From: Rickettsiales bacterium | GTDB lineage: Bacteria; Pseudomonadota; Alphaproteobacteria; Rickettsiales; UBA1997 | Length of the DNA stretch: 64,000 nt | Direction of reading: 5' to 3' | NCBI GenBank assembly: GCA_947442475.1 | Contig: CANEVP010000003.1 | Span: forward strand, 17,204-81,203 | Shown here: piece by piece, positions 9,101 through 20,391 of the stretch | How positions within the stretch are numbered: the stretch's first letter is position 1 | How the letters are laid out: the number at the start of each line of letters is the position of its first letter | Program-made: the position numbers and the translations under genes | Notes under the pieces: model-generated | What the model saw: only the letters and a program-made list of their open reading frames with translations | The model's database searches: none | Told to the model about the DNA's origin: nothing

Positions 9101-11462
9101 CGCACAGGCAGCTTAGAAATAGATCAGAAATTCGACAATCATTTTGCGGACGCGCGCTGCCGCACAGGCAGCTTAGAAAAACGCGATCAATAGCTTTGTA
9201 ATTTAAAATTTGCGCGCTGCCGCACAGGCAGCTTAGAAAAGCAGAGGGAATCTATTTCAACATGCCCGCCGGCGCGCTGCCGCACAGGCAGCTTAGAAAA
9301 GTCGCAGAAACTTTGAGTCCGGCGTAATTTTGCGCGCTGCCGCACAGGCAGCTTAGAAATGTGACTTCCACCTTTTCAACGAATAGCGATAGCGCGCTGC
9401 CGCACAGGCAGCTTAGAAAAATTCTTTTAAATCTATTTGAGAAAGAGAAAAGCGCGCTGCCGCACAGGCAGCTTAGAAAAAACAAGAACTTGATAGCAAT
9501 AAGCCCACTGGGCGCGCTGCCGCACAGGCAGCTTAGAAAACAAAGACGAAGAAAGCGAAACTTTAAATCACGCGCGCTGCCGCACAGGCAGCTTAGAAAT
9601 TGCGAAGTTGTGCAATCAATTAAAACTGAATGCGCGCTGCCGCACAGGCAGCTTAGAAACGTATCTTTTAAAGACAAAGAAGACGAAACAAGCGCGCTGC
9701 CGCACAGGCAGCTTAGAAAACAAATAGCTGATGCAACGTTTAAAAAAGTTAGCGCGCTGCCGCACAGGCAGCTTAGAAAAACTCCACCAACTTTATGATG
9801 AAATTCGCAAAGCGCGCTGCCGCACAGGCAGCTTAGAAAATAACTAAACCATTTAACAACATGTCACTAGCGCGCGCTGCCGCACAGGCAGCTTAGAAAT
9901 CTAACTTAGCAGAAATGAACGTTCTTGATTTGCGCGCTGCCGCACAGGCAGCTTAGAAACAGTTCTGCTAAGTCCCAAAATTCTGCTGATCGCGCGCTGC
10001 CGCACAGGCAGCTTAGAAATTTGCTATCTAAAACATCGAGCGGATTAATTCGCGCGCTGCCGCACAGGCAGCTTAGAAATACATTTTCGAATGGTTCAAC
10101 ATCTCAGTTCAGCGCGCTGCCGCACAGGCAGCTTAGAAAGTTTATAGATTCGTTTGATTCTCTGTTTAGCAGCGCGCTGCCGCACAGGCAGCTTAGAAAA
10201 AGCTCGTTTCTTGGTAAGTTGTCAAATTCTTGCGCGCTGCCGCACAGGCAGCTTAGAAAAATAAAAAAAGTGGCGGAAACGCTAAAAAATGGCGCGCTGC
10301 CGCACAGGCAGCTTAGAAACGAAAAAATCGCTGAAATAAAACGCTTTCAAAGCGCGCTGCCGCACAGGCAGCTTAGAAAGTTTTGGCGCTGTCCAACTTG
10401 CAAAAACTTTGGCGCGCTGCCGCACAGGCAGCTTAGAAAAATTCCATTTTCCACGGGTATAAGCATGTCGCGCGCGCTGCCGCACAGGCAGCTTAGAAAT
10501 GATTTTGGGATTGATTACGATCTATTTTTCGGCGCGCTGCCGCACAGGCAGCTTAGAAAAGCACCTCGAAACAGCGCGGGAATTATTACAAGCGCGCTGC
10601 CGCACAGGCAGCTTAGAAAGGACTTACTTTTGATCTGCGCGATTTTTTCAGCGCGCGCTGCCGCACAGGCAGCTTAGAAAAAATATCAGATGCATTAATC
10701 GTAAATTCCGCTGCGCGCTGCCGCACAGGCAGCTTAGAAATCTGCAGCAATTGAAGGAGAGCCAGCAAGCGAGCGCGCTGCCGCACAGGCAGCTTAGAAA
10801 TTTTCGATATTCTCTGGTAAGCCATGTCTTTTGCGCGCTGCCGCACAGGCAGCTTAGAAATTATCTTGAAGCGTTTGGTTTAAAAAAATCTGGCGCGCTG
10901 CCGCACAGGCAGCTTAGAAAGGCGTAGTTTTTAAAAGAGCCTTTTTTTCGCAGCGCGCTGCCGCACAGGCAGCTTAGAAAAACAATAAGCCAAGATTTCA
11001 CTTGCGCCATTTGCGCGCTGCCGCACAGGCAGCTTAGAAAAGATTACGACTTCGCGCGGGTCGAGATAGCTTCGCGCGCTGCCGCACAGGCAGCTTAGAA
11101 AAGAAGATTGCGCGCCTGCATTCTCGGCATTGTGCGCGCTGCCGCACAGGCAGCTTAGAAATGATCGTTTCAATTCCAATGTTTGCGAGATCAAGCGCGC
11201 TGCCGCACAGGCAGCTTAGAAAAGATTGAATGTTGCCCCAAGATTTAGCCATAGGCGCGCTGCCGCACAGGCAGCTTAGAAATTTGCATATTGATGAATG
11301 CCCACGCTCGCTTTGCGCGCTGCCGCACAGGCAGCTTAGAAAAGCTTTTTCTGACTTGAGAAATATTCGAGAATGCGCGCTGCCGCACAGGCAGCTTAGA
11401 AAGTCTCTCATCTCTTCTACTTCCCGCGCGTTCAGCGCGCTGCCGCACAGGCAGCTTAGAAA
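6151..11462 (+). CRISPR. Type I-F CRISPR array, 89 repeats and 88 spacers
   Basis: The 28-nt repeat is GCGCGCTGCCGCACAGGCAGCTTAGAAA, with a CTGCC-N5-GGCAG hairpin and CTTAGAAA handle as in the canonical I-F repeat GTTCACTGCCGTATAGGCAGCTAAGAAA. The unit period is 60 nt. 84 spacers are 32 nt and 4 are 33 nt (starting at 6719, 10620, 11041 and 11162). I saw no variant repeat on reading. Confidence 0.98.
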
Positions 11463-11597
11463 TATGAGCTGTTGAAGAAAAGCGAACTGCGCCCTTTTTT
11501 AAACAACTAATCCATGTCAAATTGATTGCTCTTATGGGAATTTGCAGTCAAGCTGGTAACACGTGTCTCTTGTTAAAAAGAGGCGCATAAAATTTGA

Positions 11598-11624
11598 GGT
11601 GGGCTTACGAGCCCGCCTTTTTTA
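11598..11624 (+). terminator. Terminator hairpin at the distal end of the array, abutting the stop of the convergent ligase gene
   Basis: GGTGGGC-TTACGA-GCCCGCC forms a stem with one G-U pair on the + strand RNA, followed by TTTTTTA. It overlaps the ligase stop codon at 11622-11624. Confidence 0.6.
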
Positions 11625-12452
11625 TTGCTCGTTTCTCTCGCGCCAAAAGCTGGCGAATCTTGGAGTGCCATTTTTGGTTTTGCCGAAAAATTTGTAGGTA
11701 ATTGTAGCGCCGATTTTAGGTGGGTTTTTTCTTTGTTCTTCACTGAAGCCACTGCCGATTTTGAAGCGGATTTTTTCTTGATTTTCAACCAGCAGCGCGC
11801 CGAGTTTTTTGGCGTTTTTTCCTTTGCCTTCAATGTGCGCAATTACTTGCGCTTCAGCATCTTCGAAGGTTTTTAGCTTTAATAAATCATCAGTTCTTTT
11901 GGCAGCGTAGTGCGAATTTTTGCGATGCAGCATTAAGCCTTCGCCGCCATTTTTTACCGTAAGATTTAGCAGTTTTTTAAGTGCCTCAGCATCTTCAACT
12001 TCGAACTGATCGATTACTTGTAAATATTTTGAGTCAGCCTGCGCCGCCAATATTTTCATGGCTTCATAACGCTTAGAAAAAACTTCTGAACTTTTTGGTA
12101 AATCAAAAATCATAAAACGCACTTCGCGCCAAGCGGCGTCATCGCAGCTTTGGCAGCGAATGATTTGCGAAACTTTTTCAAAACTGCCGCGATTAATCCA
12201 TAATTCACCGTCAAGGCCTTGGCTTGGAAAATTTTTTACAAACCACTGCGGCGCATTAATTAAATTGCCTTGGCGCGAAATTAATTTTTCACCATCCCAA
12301 TAGCCGCGCACTCCGTCGAGTTTTTCGCTGACTAAAAATTCTTCGAGATTAATGCCTTCAGAGTAAAGATTTGCTAACTGAATTTGCGGCGCTTGAGCAA
12401 AAACAACATCAAAAAAACACAGGAAGAAAATTAAAAAAAAGCGGTAAAGCAT
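11622..12452 (-). CDS. ATP-dependent DNA ligase, minimal LigE-type, with N-terminal signal peptide
   Basis: 276 aa. It has a signal peptide MLYRFFLIFFLCFFDVVFAQA and adenylation motif I SEKLDGVRGYWDG. The two-domain size is typical of periplasmic Lig E ligases. Confidence 0.8.
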   Translation of the reverse strand: MLYRFFLIFFLCFFDVVFAQAPQIQLANLYSEGINLEEFLVSEKLDGVRGYWDGEKLISRQGNLINAPQWFVKNFPSQGLDGELWINRGSFEKVSQIIRCQSCDDAAWREVRFMIFDLPKSSEVFSKRYEAMKILAAQADSKYLQVIDQFEVEDAEALKKLLNLTVKNGGEGLMLHRKNSHYAAKRTDDLLKLKTFEDAEAQVIAHIEGKGKNAKKLGALLVENQEKIRFKIGSGFSEEQRKNPPKIGATITYKFFGKTKNGTPRFASFWRERNEQ

Positions 12453-12484
12453 TGCGGGTGATGGGTTGGCGGTTGGTGATTTTT

Positions 12485-13765
12485 TTAAAAATAACCCAAA
12501 ATTCGCCGCGATCTTTTGTCGATTAGATTGCGAATTTTAGTGAAAATTTCTGACTCGATTCCTTGTTTTTTTAGGCTTTCTTGCAAAGCCAGAGCTGCTT
12601 TTGGCACTTTTGTGGCAAAAGATTTTAGCTCTTTATTTAGCTGAGTCTTGGCGGTGCCTGTGTCGCCAACAATGCTGTGCCAATGAAATAAATATAGGCG
12701 ATCTGGATCGTAAATTTTATCAATTTTCATCGCCATATTGTGCTCCATTTTAGAAGTTCCGAGATATTCGTAAGCTTCTGCCGACAACAGGTCGTAAAGT
12801 GGAGCAAGGCGCGTTTTTCCGCCCTCGTGCAAAAAAGAAAAGTTTTTGCCGTGAGCATCAGAATTGCCGATTAAATAATTGAAAATTACCGCCTGCAAAA
12901 AGCGGGTTTTGTCTCGGGCAATAAATGAGCTGTTTTTCTCAATTAAATTTAGGCAATCCAAAATTCCCGGCCCGCCGTCTTTTCCTTGATATTTTGACTC
13001 TGGCGGCAACCCCAAAGCTTGGCAAAAATCTTCTTGGTGAATGCGAATAGTTTTGCCTTTAAGTTTGGTGCGATCATAGCGGCGAACCAACAAATATGGG
13101 CGATCTTGAATTTTTTTTAAAAACACCTCAGCAACTTCTAAGCCAACTTTGCCAGCCATTTTCATGCAAAAAAATTCATTTTCAGAGCTGTCTACAAGCC
13201 CAAGAATTGGTGGCTTTAGAATGTGCGTGCTCGGTTTTTCTTTTACCAATTGTGGCAACGACTTCTTTTTTTCATCAAAAAAAACTGCCTGCTTACTTTG
13301 AGCGCCGGCCAAAGAAATTCTAACACTTCCACCCGCAGCAATCATGGGGTTTGTGTAGATTTTGCCCAAAATTTCATAAAGCCCGTCAGCACTTAAAGGC
13401 TCAACAGAACCTTCGTCGTAGCTTGGTGGTTTTTTGCCTCTGTGCAAAATTTCAATTGAACCTGCGCAATCGCGACCAACTTCAGCAAGCAGCGCAAATA
13501 CATTTTGCGGCGACAGTTTTAATTTTTTGGCAAGAATGTCGCGCTGCATTTCGTCTGGCAAAAGACCTGAAAAAAAACTTTTTGTGGGCTTGTTGCCAAA
13601 AGGCTCGCTCCTAAGTGGAAGAGATGCCGAGATTGGCGCGGCGTTTGCAGATTTTAAATATTTTTCGTCGTAGGTAAAAGACAGAGCTCCGCCGCCGCTA
13701 GAGTTTTGCTCAAAAACTCCGGCAAAAATTTTGTTTAAATAAACGTCGAGTTTTTTGGTGGCCAT
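12485..13765 (-). CDS. hipA: HipA-family serine/threonine kinase toxin
   Basis: 426 aa. The N-terminus is HipA-like (LDVYLNKIFAGVFEQ..LSFTYDEKY) and the catalytic loop is GNSDAHGKNFSF. The gene lies 5 bp downstream of hipB. Confidence 0.9.
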   Translation of the reverse strand: MATKKLDVYLNKIFAGVFEQNSSGGGALSFTYDEKYLKSANAAPISASLPLRSEPFGNKPTKSFFSGLLPDEMQRDILAKKLKLSPQNVFALLAEVGRDCAGSIEILHRGKKPPSYDEGSVEPLSADGLYEILGKIYTNPMIAAGGSVRISLAGAQSKQAVFFDEKKKSLPQLVKEKPSTHILKPPILGLVDSSENEFFCMKMAGKVGLEVAEVFLKKIQDRPYLLVRRYDRTKLKGKTIRIHQEDFCQALGLPPESKYQGKDGGPGILDCLNLIEKNSSFIARDKTRFLQAVIFNYLIGNSDAHGKNFSFLHEGGKTRLAPLYDLLSAEAYEYLGTSKMEHNMAMKIDKIYDPDRLYLFHWHSIVGDTGTAKTQLNKELKSFATKVPKAALALQESLKKQGIESEIFTKIRNLIDKRSRRILGYF

Positions 13766-13770
13766 TGTGT

Positions 13771-13977
13771 TTATTGGGTAGTTAGCTTGATGTTGAGCAT
13801 TTGCGCTACTTTTAGCGCTTTGTCGAATGAGCAGGTTGGCTTGCCTTTTTCTAAGTCAACAATGAAACGCACCCCCACGCCGCAAGTTGCTGCCAATTGT
13901 GGCTGGGTGATATTTTGCGATTTTCTAGCTTGCTGCACAAGGCTTCCGAGATCTTTTGCTGAATTTATTTTTATCAT
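13771..13977 (-). CDS. hipB: HipB-like XRE-family HTH antitoxin
   Basis: 68 aa. It has the Cro/C1-type HTH LVQQARKSQNITQPQLAATCGVGVRFIVDLEKGKP and lies immediately upstream of hipA. Confidence 0.85.
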   Translation of the reverse strand: MIKINSAKDLGSLVQQARKSQNITQPQLAATCGVGVRFIVDLEKGKPTCSFDKALKVAQMLNIKLTTQ

Positions 13978-13992
13978 TTTTTAAGAAAAAAA

Positions 13993-14068
13993 TTTACCGA
14001 TCGGGAAATAAACTAATCTTTTGGTAATTTTTTCAAGTAAAAAATAAGAAAATTTCCCGATCGGGAAA
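13993..14068. promoter_or_regulatory. Two palindromic operator-like sites upstream of hipBA
   Basis: TTTACCGATCGGGAAA lies at 13993-14008 and the perfect palindrome TTTCCCGATCGGGAAA at 14053-14068. Their centres are 60 bp apart, in the hipB promoter region. Confidence 0.65.
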
Positions 14069-14183
14069 GAAAAAGGTATTTATAAGGTATGTATATTTAC
14101 ATTTGGCGAGAACATGTCTTCAAAACAATATTCATAAGGATTGGAGCACGATCATTACACCATTTAAAAAACGAAAATACGCT

Positions 14184-15677
<1,494 letters not shown>

Positions 15678-15761
15678 TCAAAGATTTTGGGGGTGCCAAG
15701 AAAGAACTAGCAAATTAGTTTTGGCTCCAAAAAATAAAAAACAATTAATAACCTCCAAGCC

Positions 15762-16190
15762 TTGAAAATCATGACTTCTCAGATCGAAAAACTTTGCACT
15801 GAGCAAAAGATAAAGCTTACCGAAAATCGTCGTATTATTGCTCGCGTAATTTCTGAAAGTGAAGATCATCCAGATGTTGAAGAAGTATTTCGCCGCGCCT
15901 CAAAAATTAACCAAAAAATCGGCATCGCCACCGTTTATCGCGCTGTCAAAATGTTCGAAGAATATGGCGTAATCGCTAAGCACGACTTTGGTGGCAAAGG
16001 CCGCGCCCGCTACGAAAAACTAGAGGGCGACGATCATCATCACGATCACTTAATCGACATTACCACTGACGAAGTTCACGAATTTTTTAACGAAGAATTA
16101 GAAAAATTAAAAACCCGCGTTGCCCTTGAACATGGCTTCGAGCTAGTAGGCCACCGTCTCGAGCTTTATTGCCGACCGCTCAAAAAATAA
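15762..16190 (+). CDS. Fur-family metalloregulator (His-rich HHHDH patch, possibly Irr/Zur-like)
   Basis: 142 aa. It has a winged-helix N-domain (TENRRIIARVI..HPDVEEVF..ATVYRAVKMFEEYGV) and a dimerisation domain with HHHDHLID. Confidence 0.8.
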   Translation: MKIMTSQIEKLCTEQKIKLTENRRIIARVISESEDHPDVEEVFRRASKINQKIGIATVYRAVKMFEEYGVIAKHDFGGKGRARYEKLEGDDHHHDHLIDITTDEVHEFFNEELEKLKTRVALEHGFELVGHRLELYCRPLKK

Positions 16191-16212
16191 TAACCAATTT
16201 ACAAATCCACCA

Positions 16213-17724
16213 ATGCCAATTCTAAACTGGTTAAACCGCGAACAAAGCATCAAGAAAGCCGCGCAAGCATCTTATCGCTTGCTTGAGTTAGATGAAAATT
16301 TTTCTTACGGCGATAAAGATTCTAACAACATGTTGATTCAAGGCGACAACCTTGAAGCACTCAAAGCTTTGCTGCCTTATTTTGCGGGAAAAGTGAAATG
16401 TATTTACATTGATCCGCCTTACAATACTGGCAGCGCTTTTGAGCATTATGATGATAATTTGGAGCATACGAAGTGGCTAGAAATGATGTATCCGCGGCTG
16501 GAATTGTTGCGTGAGTTATTAGTGGAAGATGGCAGCGTCTGGATTTCCATTGACGCCGACGAAGCTCATTATTTGAAAGTGATTTGTGACGAAATTTTTG
16601 GACGCAAAAATTTTATTGATGAGGTGGTTTGGCAAAGATCTTACGCGCCAATAAATTTGAAAAAAACATTGTCACGCAGCCATGACACGATTTTGGTTTA
16701 CGCAAAAAATTCTAATGGCTTTGAGTTGAATAAATTGCCGAGAAGCGACGAAGCCAATAATCGCTATAAAAACCCCGACAATGATTCGCGCGGGGTTTGG
16801 AAATCTAGCGATCTTTCGGTTGGGCCAGCGGTTGAGAAAAATATTTACGAGATTGAAACACCTAGCGGCAGAAAGGTTTTTCCTCCAAAAGGAAGAAGTT
16901 GGGTAATTGGAGAAGAAAAGTTTCAAGAATTCTTAAAAGATAACCGAATCTGGTTTGGCGCTAGTGGAACCAGCGTTCCATCAATCAAAAGATTTTTATC
17001 CGAAGTAAAAGACGGCATCACTGCAATGACAATGTGGAGCTACCAAGAAGTTGGCCACAACCAAGATGCTAAAAGAGAAGTCAAAGAGCTAAATCTGGGC
17101 GAAGTTTTTGGCACACCAAAATCTGAAAAATTACTCCACCGAATTTTAACCTTAGCCACCAACGAAAGCGACCTAGTACTCGATTCCTTCCTTGGCTCTG
17201 GTACTACCGCTGCCGTTGCACACAAAATGAATCGTCGCTACATTGGAATTGAAATGGGAGAACATGCCAAAACTCACTGCGCGCTGCGTTTGCAAAAAGT
17301 GATTGATGGCGAACAAGGCGGAATTTCCAAAGATGTTGCTTGGGTTTCTGGCGGCGGATTTCGTTTTTATAATTTGGGTGAGGCAATTTTTAAAGAAGAT
17401 GGCCGCATTAATAAAAACATAAAATTTGAACATTTAGCGGCGCATATTTGGTTTTGCGAAACCAAAACTTCGTTGAGCCAAAAAGAAAAATCTGCACTGC
17501 TTGGAGTTTTTGATGGAGTTGCTTATTACCTGCTTTTTAACGGAATTTTGGGAGACAAAAACGTGAGCGGTGGCAATGTTTTAACTAAAAAAACTTTAGC
17601 AATTTTGCCCAAATTTGACGGCCCCAAAATAATCTACGGCGAAACCAACCGCCTCGCATTTTCACTTTTGCAAGAAAATCAAATCACCTTCAAACAAACC
17701 CCTTACGACATAAAAGCGAGGTAA
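16213..17724 (+). CDS. mod: Type III restriction-modification DNA methyltransferase (Mod), beta-class N6/N4
   Basis: 503 aa. Motif IV IYIDPPYNTG precedes motif I VLDSFLGSGTTAAVA. The gene lies directly upstream of a Res helicase-nuclease. Confidence 0.88.
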   Translation: MPILNWLNREQSIKKAAQASYRLLELDENFSYGDKDSNNMLIQGDNLEALKALLPYFAGKVKCIYIDPPYNTGSAFEHYDDNLEHTKWLEMMYPRLELLRELLVEDGSVWISIDADEAHYLKVICDEIFGRKNFIDEVVWQRSYAPINLKKTLSRSHDTILVYAKNSNGFELNKLPRSDEANNRYKNPDNDSRGVWKSSDLSVGPAVEKNIYEIETPSGRKVFPPKGRSWVIGEEKFQEFLKDNRIWFGASGTSVPSIKRFLSEVKDGITAMTMWSYQEVGHNQDAKREVKELNLGEVFGTPKSEKLLHRILTLATNESDLVLDSFLGSGTTAAVAHKMNRRYIGIEMGEHAKTHCALRLQKVIDGEQGGISKDVAWVSGGGFRFYNLGEAIFKEDGRINKNIKFEHLAAHIWFCETKTSLSQKEKSALLGVFDGVAYYLLFNGILGDKNVSGGNVLTKKTLAILPKFDGPKIIYGETNRLAFSLLQENQITFKQTPYDIKAR

Positions 17725-17763
17725 ATTCGTAATTTTTAATCATCCAGAAACCAAGAAATTAAA

Positions 17764-20391
17764 ATGGCGATTACTCTGAAAAAATATCAAGAAACCTCAC
17801 TCGAAATTTTGCGAAATTTTCTTGAGTTGAGTCGTTTTGAAGGCGCGAAACAGGCTTACGAAAAAGTGCAAACTCAACGTTATCGCGGCGAATATTTTAA
17901 GCCGTTTCAACCTTTAAAAGATCTGGAAGAAACGCCCTACATTTGCCTAAGACTACCCACTGGCGGCGGCAAAACTTTACTTTCAGCGCACACAATTGCA
18001 CTTGCCGGCAAACATTATCTTGAAAATGACTATCCTCTAACGCTTTGGTTGGTGCCAACCAACACGATTAAAGAGCAAACTTTAGAAACGTTTAAAAACT
18101 CAAATCATGCAAATTACCAAGTTTTAGAAAAATTTTTTGGCGGCAAGTTTCGCGTTTTTGACATTGGCGATTTTCGCACGATTAGACCACAAGATATTTC
18201 GGGCGGCGCCTGCGTAATTATTTCAACTTTTGCATCGCTACGCGTTGACAAAACTGACGGCCGCAAAGCTTACGATCACGATGAAAATTTGGAGACGCAT
18301 TTTAGCAAAATTCCAAGCAGCGCTTCTGGAATGGAGTTTGACGAAAATGGCCAAATTAAATTTTCATTTGCCAATTTGCTGAATTGGCACCGACCTTTGG
18401 TAATTGTGGATGAAGCACATAATGCAAAAACAGATTTAAGTGTTGAGGTTTTGCGCCGCGTCAATGCTTCTTGCGTGATTGAATACACCGCAACTCCAGC
18501 GCCAAACAGCAACATTATTTGCTCGGTTTCCGCGGCTGAATTAAAGGCGGAGCAAATGATTAAGCTGCCAATAATTTTGACCGAAAATAAATCTTGGCAA
18601 GAAGCTGTGAGCGCCTCAATTCAAACAAGACGCAAGCTAGAAGACTTGGCGCTGAAGGACAAAGACTACATTCGCCCAATCGTACTTTTTCAGGCCGAAA
18701 GTAAAGATCAGGAAGTGACTACGGAAGTTTTGGAAAAATATCTCGTTGAAAATGAGGGAATTAGTCGTAACCAAATTGCCATTGCAACCGGCGACCAGAA
18801 AGAACTCGACGGCATTAATTTGCTTAATCCAAATTGCGAAATTCGTTTTATAATCACGGTTCAGGCTTTGAAAGAAGGTTGGGATTGCTCCTTTGCCTAT
18901 GTGCTTTGCTCGGTTGCCAATACCCAATCTTCAACTGCAATTGAGCAATTATTGGGACGAGTTCTGCGCATGCCTTACGCCAAAGAACGCTCTCATCCAG
19001 ATCTCAACAAAGCTTACGCCAACGTCACAGCAAAAGGATGGAAAGATCCCGCTAATCAAATGTGCGAACGCTTGGTAAATATGGGTTTTGAAAAATTAGA
19101 AGCGCAGAATTTTGTTGATTACCAACCAAGCCTTCCTGCTTTTGATGCAATTGCAACGCAGCCATTTGAAGTGATTTTAGAAAAAGAGCCCGACCTTTCT
19201 GGACTTGATATTGTGGAACTGGCGGCCGTTTCTGTAGAAAAAAAATCTGATAATTCGATTATCTTAAAACTTGCCACTGGGTTCACAAAAATTTCAGAGG
19301 AAAAATTGCAACACCTCGCCGCCACCTCAAGGGATCAAGAGGCTCTGAGTGCTCAAATTAACACCTACAAAGCTCGGCAAGAAAATTTTAAAAACAAAAT
19401 TGGGCAAAAAGAATTATCTCCTTCGCAGCGCGGCGAAGTTTTCTGCCTGCCGCAATTGTGCCTTAATTTTGATGGAGAAATTGAATTAGCTGAGGTTGAA
19501 ACTTGCCTTGATGTCATGGGAGGCTGGGGCTTGCTTGATTATCCAACCACTTTCACAAAAAGTGATTTTGCTTTTAACGATGAATCCAAGCAATACGCGC
19601 TAGACATAGCTGGACAAAAACTTGCGATCAAACCACTTCAGCAAAGCCAACAGCTAAGTCTCGAAGGAATTAGAACTGAAATGAATGAGCTCGATCTTTG
19701 TCGCTGGCTTGATCGAAAGCTTCAAGCAAGCCAAATAGAAAAAGATATTGGCCAAGAGTTTTTACTAGAATTTGTGCGCAGATCTATTCACAACCTTCTT
19801 GCTCGCGATGATTTGGACATGGCGAAGTTGTCTCGTGACAAATTTATTCTTGAGAAATTCTTGAGAGAAAAAATTAATTCTTACCGAAAAGAAGCTGCTA
19901 CCAAGAGCTACCAATCTTGTCTTTTTGGCAAAAAGTCTTTTGCCGCAGTTAGTCCGAAAGATTTTAACTTTTCATTTAGCACCAACTATCCAGCAAATCT
20001 TTACTACCAAGGGCGGTTTGTTTTTGAGAAACATTACTACCCAATGCCTGGAGACATGAACGGAGAGGAGGCCGAATGCGCCTCAAAAATTGATCAGAAT
20101 AAAAATGTAAAATGCTGGGTGCGAAATGTTGAATGCCAACCCAAATATTCTTTTTGGCTTCCGGTTTCTGGCGGCAAATTCTACCCAGATTTTGTTGCTC
20201 AGCTAAATTGCGGAAGATTCTTGATCATAGAATACAAGGGCTCCCACCTTGATAATTCAGAAACCGCCGAAAAAGAATTGATCGGTAAAAAATGGGCAGA
20301 GGAATCAGGAAATTTATTTTTGATGTCGTGGAAAAAAGATGATTTCGGCAACAATGTTGAACAACAGATTAACAAAATAATTAACTCTTAA
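17764..20391 (+). CDS. res: Type III restriction endonuclease Res subunit (SF2 helicase plus nuclease)
   Basis: 875 aa. It has Walker A LPTGGGKT, a DEAH box VIVDEAHN, and motif VI LLGRVLRMP. It has the size and position of Res after mod. Confidence 0.88.
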   Translation: MAITLKKYQETSLEILRNFLELSRFEGAKQAYEKVQTQRYRGEYFKPFQPLKDLEETPYICLRLPTGGGKTLLSAHTIALAGKHYLENDYPLTLWLVPTNTIKEQTLETFKNSNHANYQVLEKFFGGKFRVFDIGDFRTIRPQDISGGACVIISTFASLRVDKTDGRKAYDHDENLETHFSKIPSSASGMEFDENGQIKFSFANLLNWHRPLVIVDEAHNAKTDLSVEVLRRVNASCVIEYTATPAPNSNIICSVSAAELKAEQMIKLPIILTENKSWQEAVSASIQTRRKLEDLALKDKDYIRPIVLFQAESKDQEVTTEVLEKYLVENEGISRNQIAIATGDQKELDGINLLNPNCEIRFIITVQALKEGWDCSFAYVLCSVANTQSSTAIEQLLGRVLRMPYAKERSHPDLNKAYANVTAKGWKDPANQMCERLVNMGFEKLEAQNFVDYQPSLPAFDAIATQPFEVILEKEPDLSGLDIVELAAVSVEKKSDNSIILKLATGFTKISEEKLQHLAATSRDQEALSAQINTYKARQENFKNKIGQKELSPSQRGEVFCLPQLCLNFDGEIELAEVETCLDVMGGWGLLDYPTTFTKSDFAFNDESKQYALDIAGQKLAIKPLQQSQQLSLEGIRTEMNELDLCRWLDRKLQASQIEKDIGQEFLLEFVRRSIHNLLARDDLDMAKLSRDKFILEKFLREKINSYRKEAATKSYQSCLFGKKSFAAVSPKDFNFSFSTNYPANLYYQGRFVFEKHYYPMPGDMNGEEAECASKIDQNKNVKCWVRNVECQPKYSFWLPVSGGKFYPDFVAQLNCGRFLIIEYKGSHLDNSETAEKELIGKKWAEESGNLFLMSWKKDDFGNNVEQQINKIINS

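Noticed and set aside
8100-10952. Partial similarities among spacers 33, 53, 69 and 80: a shared GGCGTAGTTTT 11-mer, and a five-codon VAETL-like synonymous match between spacers 53 and 69
   Set aside because: Matches of about 11 nt among 2.8 kb of AT-biased spacer sequence are expected roughly once by chance, and the codon-level match is only 5 codons. This is too weak to claim a common target without a database hit.
6147-11520. About 20 ORFs in the six-frame track with recurring peptides ALPHRQLRK/N, SKLPVRQRA and FLSCLCGSA
   Set aside because: They are translations of the 28-nt CRISPR repeat in different frames and strands, joined by spacers. The periodicity is 20 codons (60 nt). They are not genes.
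11463-11522. Looked for a degenerate terminal repeat one unit beyond the last repeat
   Set aside because: The sequence at the expected position (11495-11522) shows no similarity to the repeat, so the array ends cleanly at 11462.
2108-11545. Shared 11-mer ATGGGAATTTG near both ends of the csy-array block (about 2109 and about 11534) as possible cassette boundaries
   Set aside because: Hundreds of 11-mer coincidences are expected in 64 kb, and the flanks do not extend the match.
11573-11876. ORFs 11573-11842(-) and 11625-11876(+) overlapping the ligase 3' region
   Set aside because: They are alternative-frame or antisense shadows of the well-supported ligase gene, with low-complexity translations.
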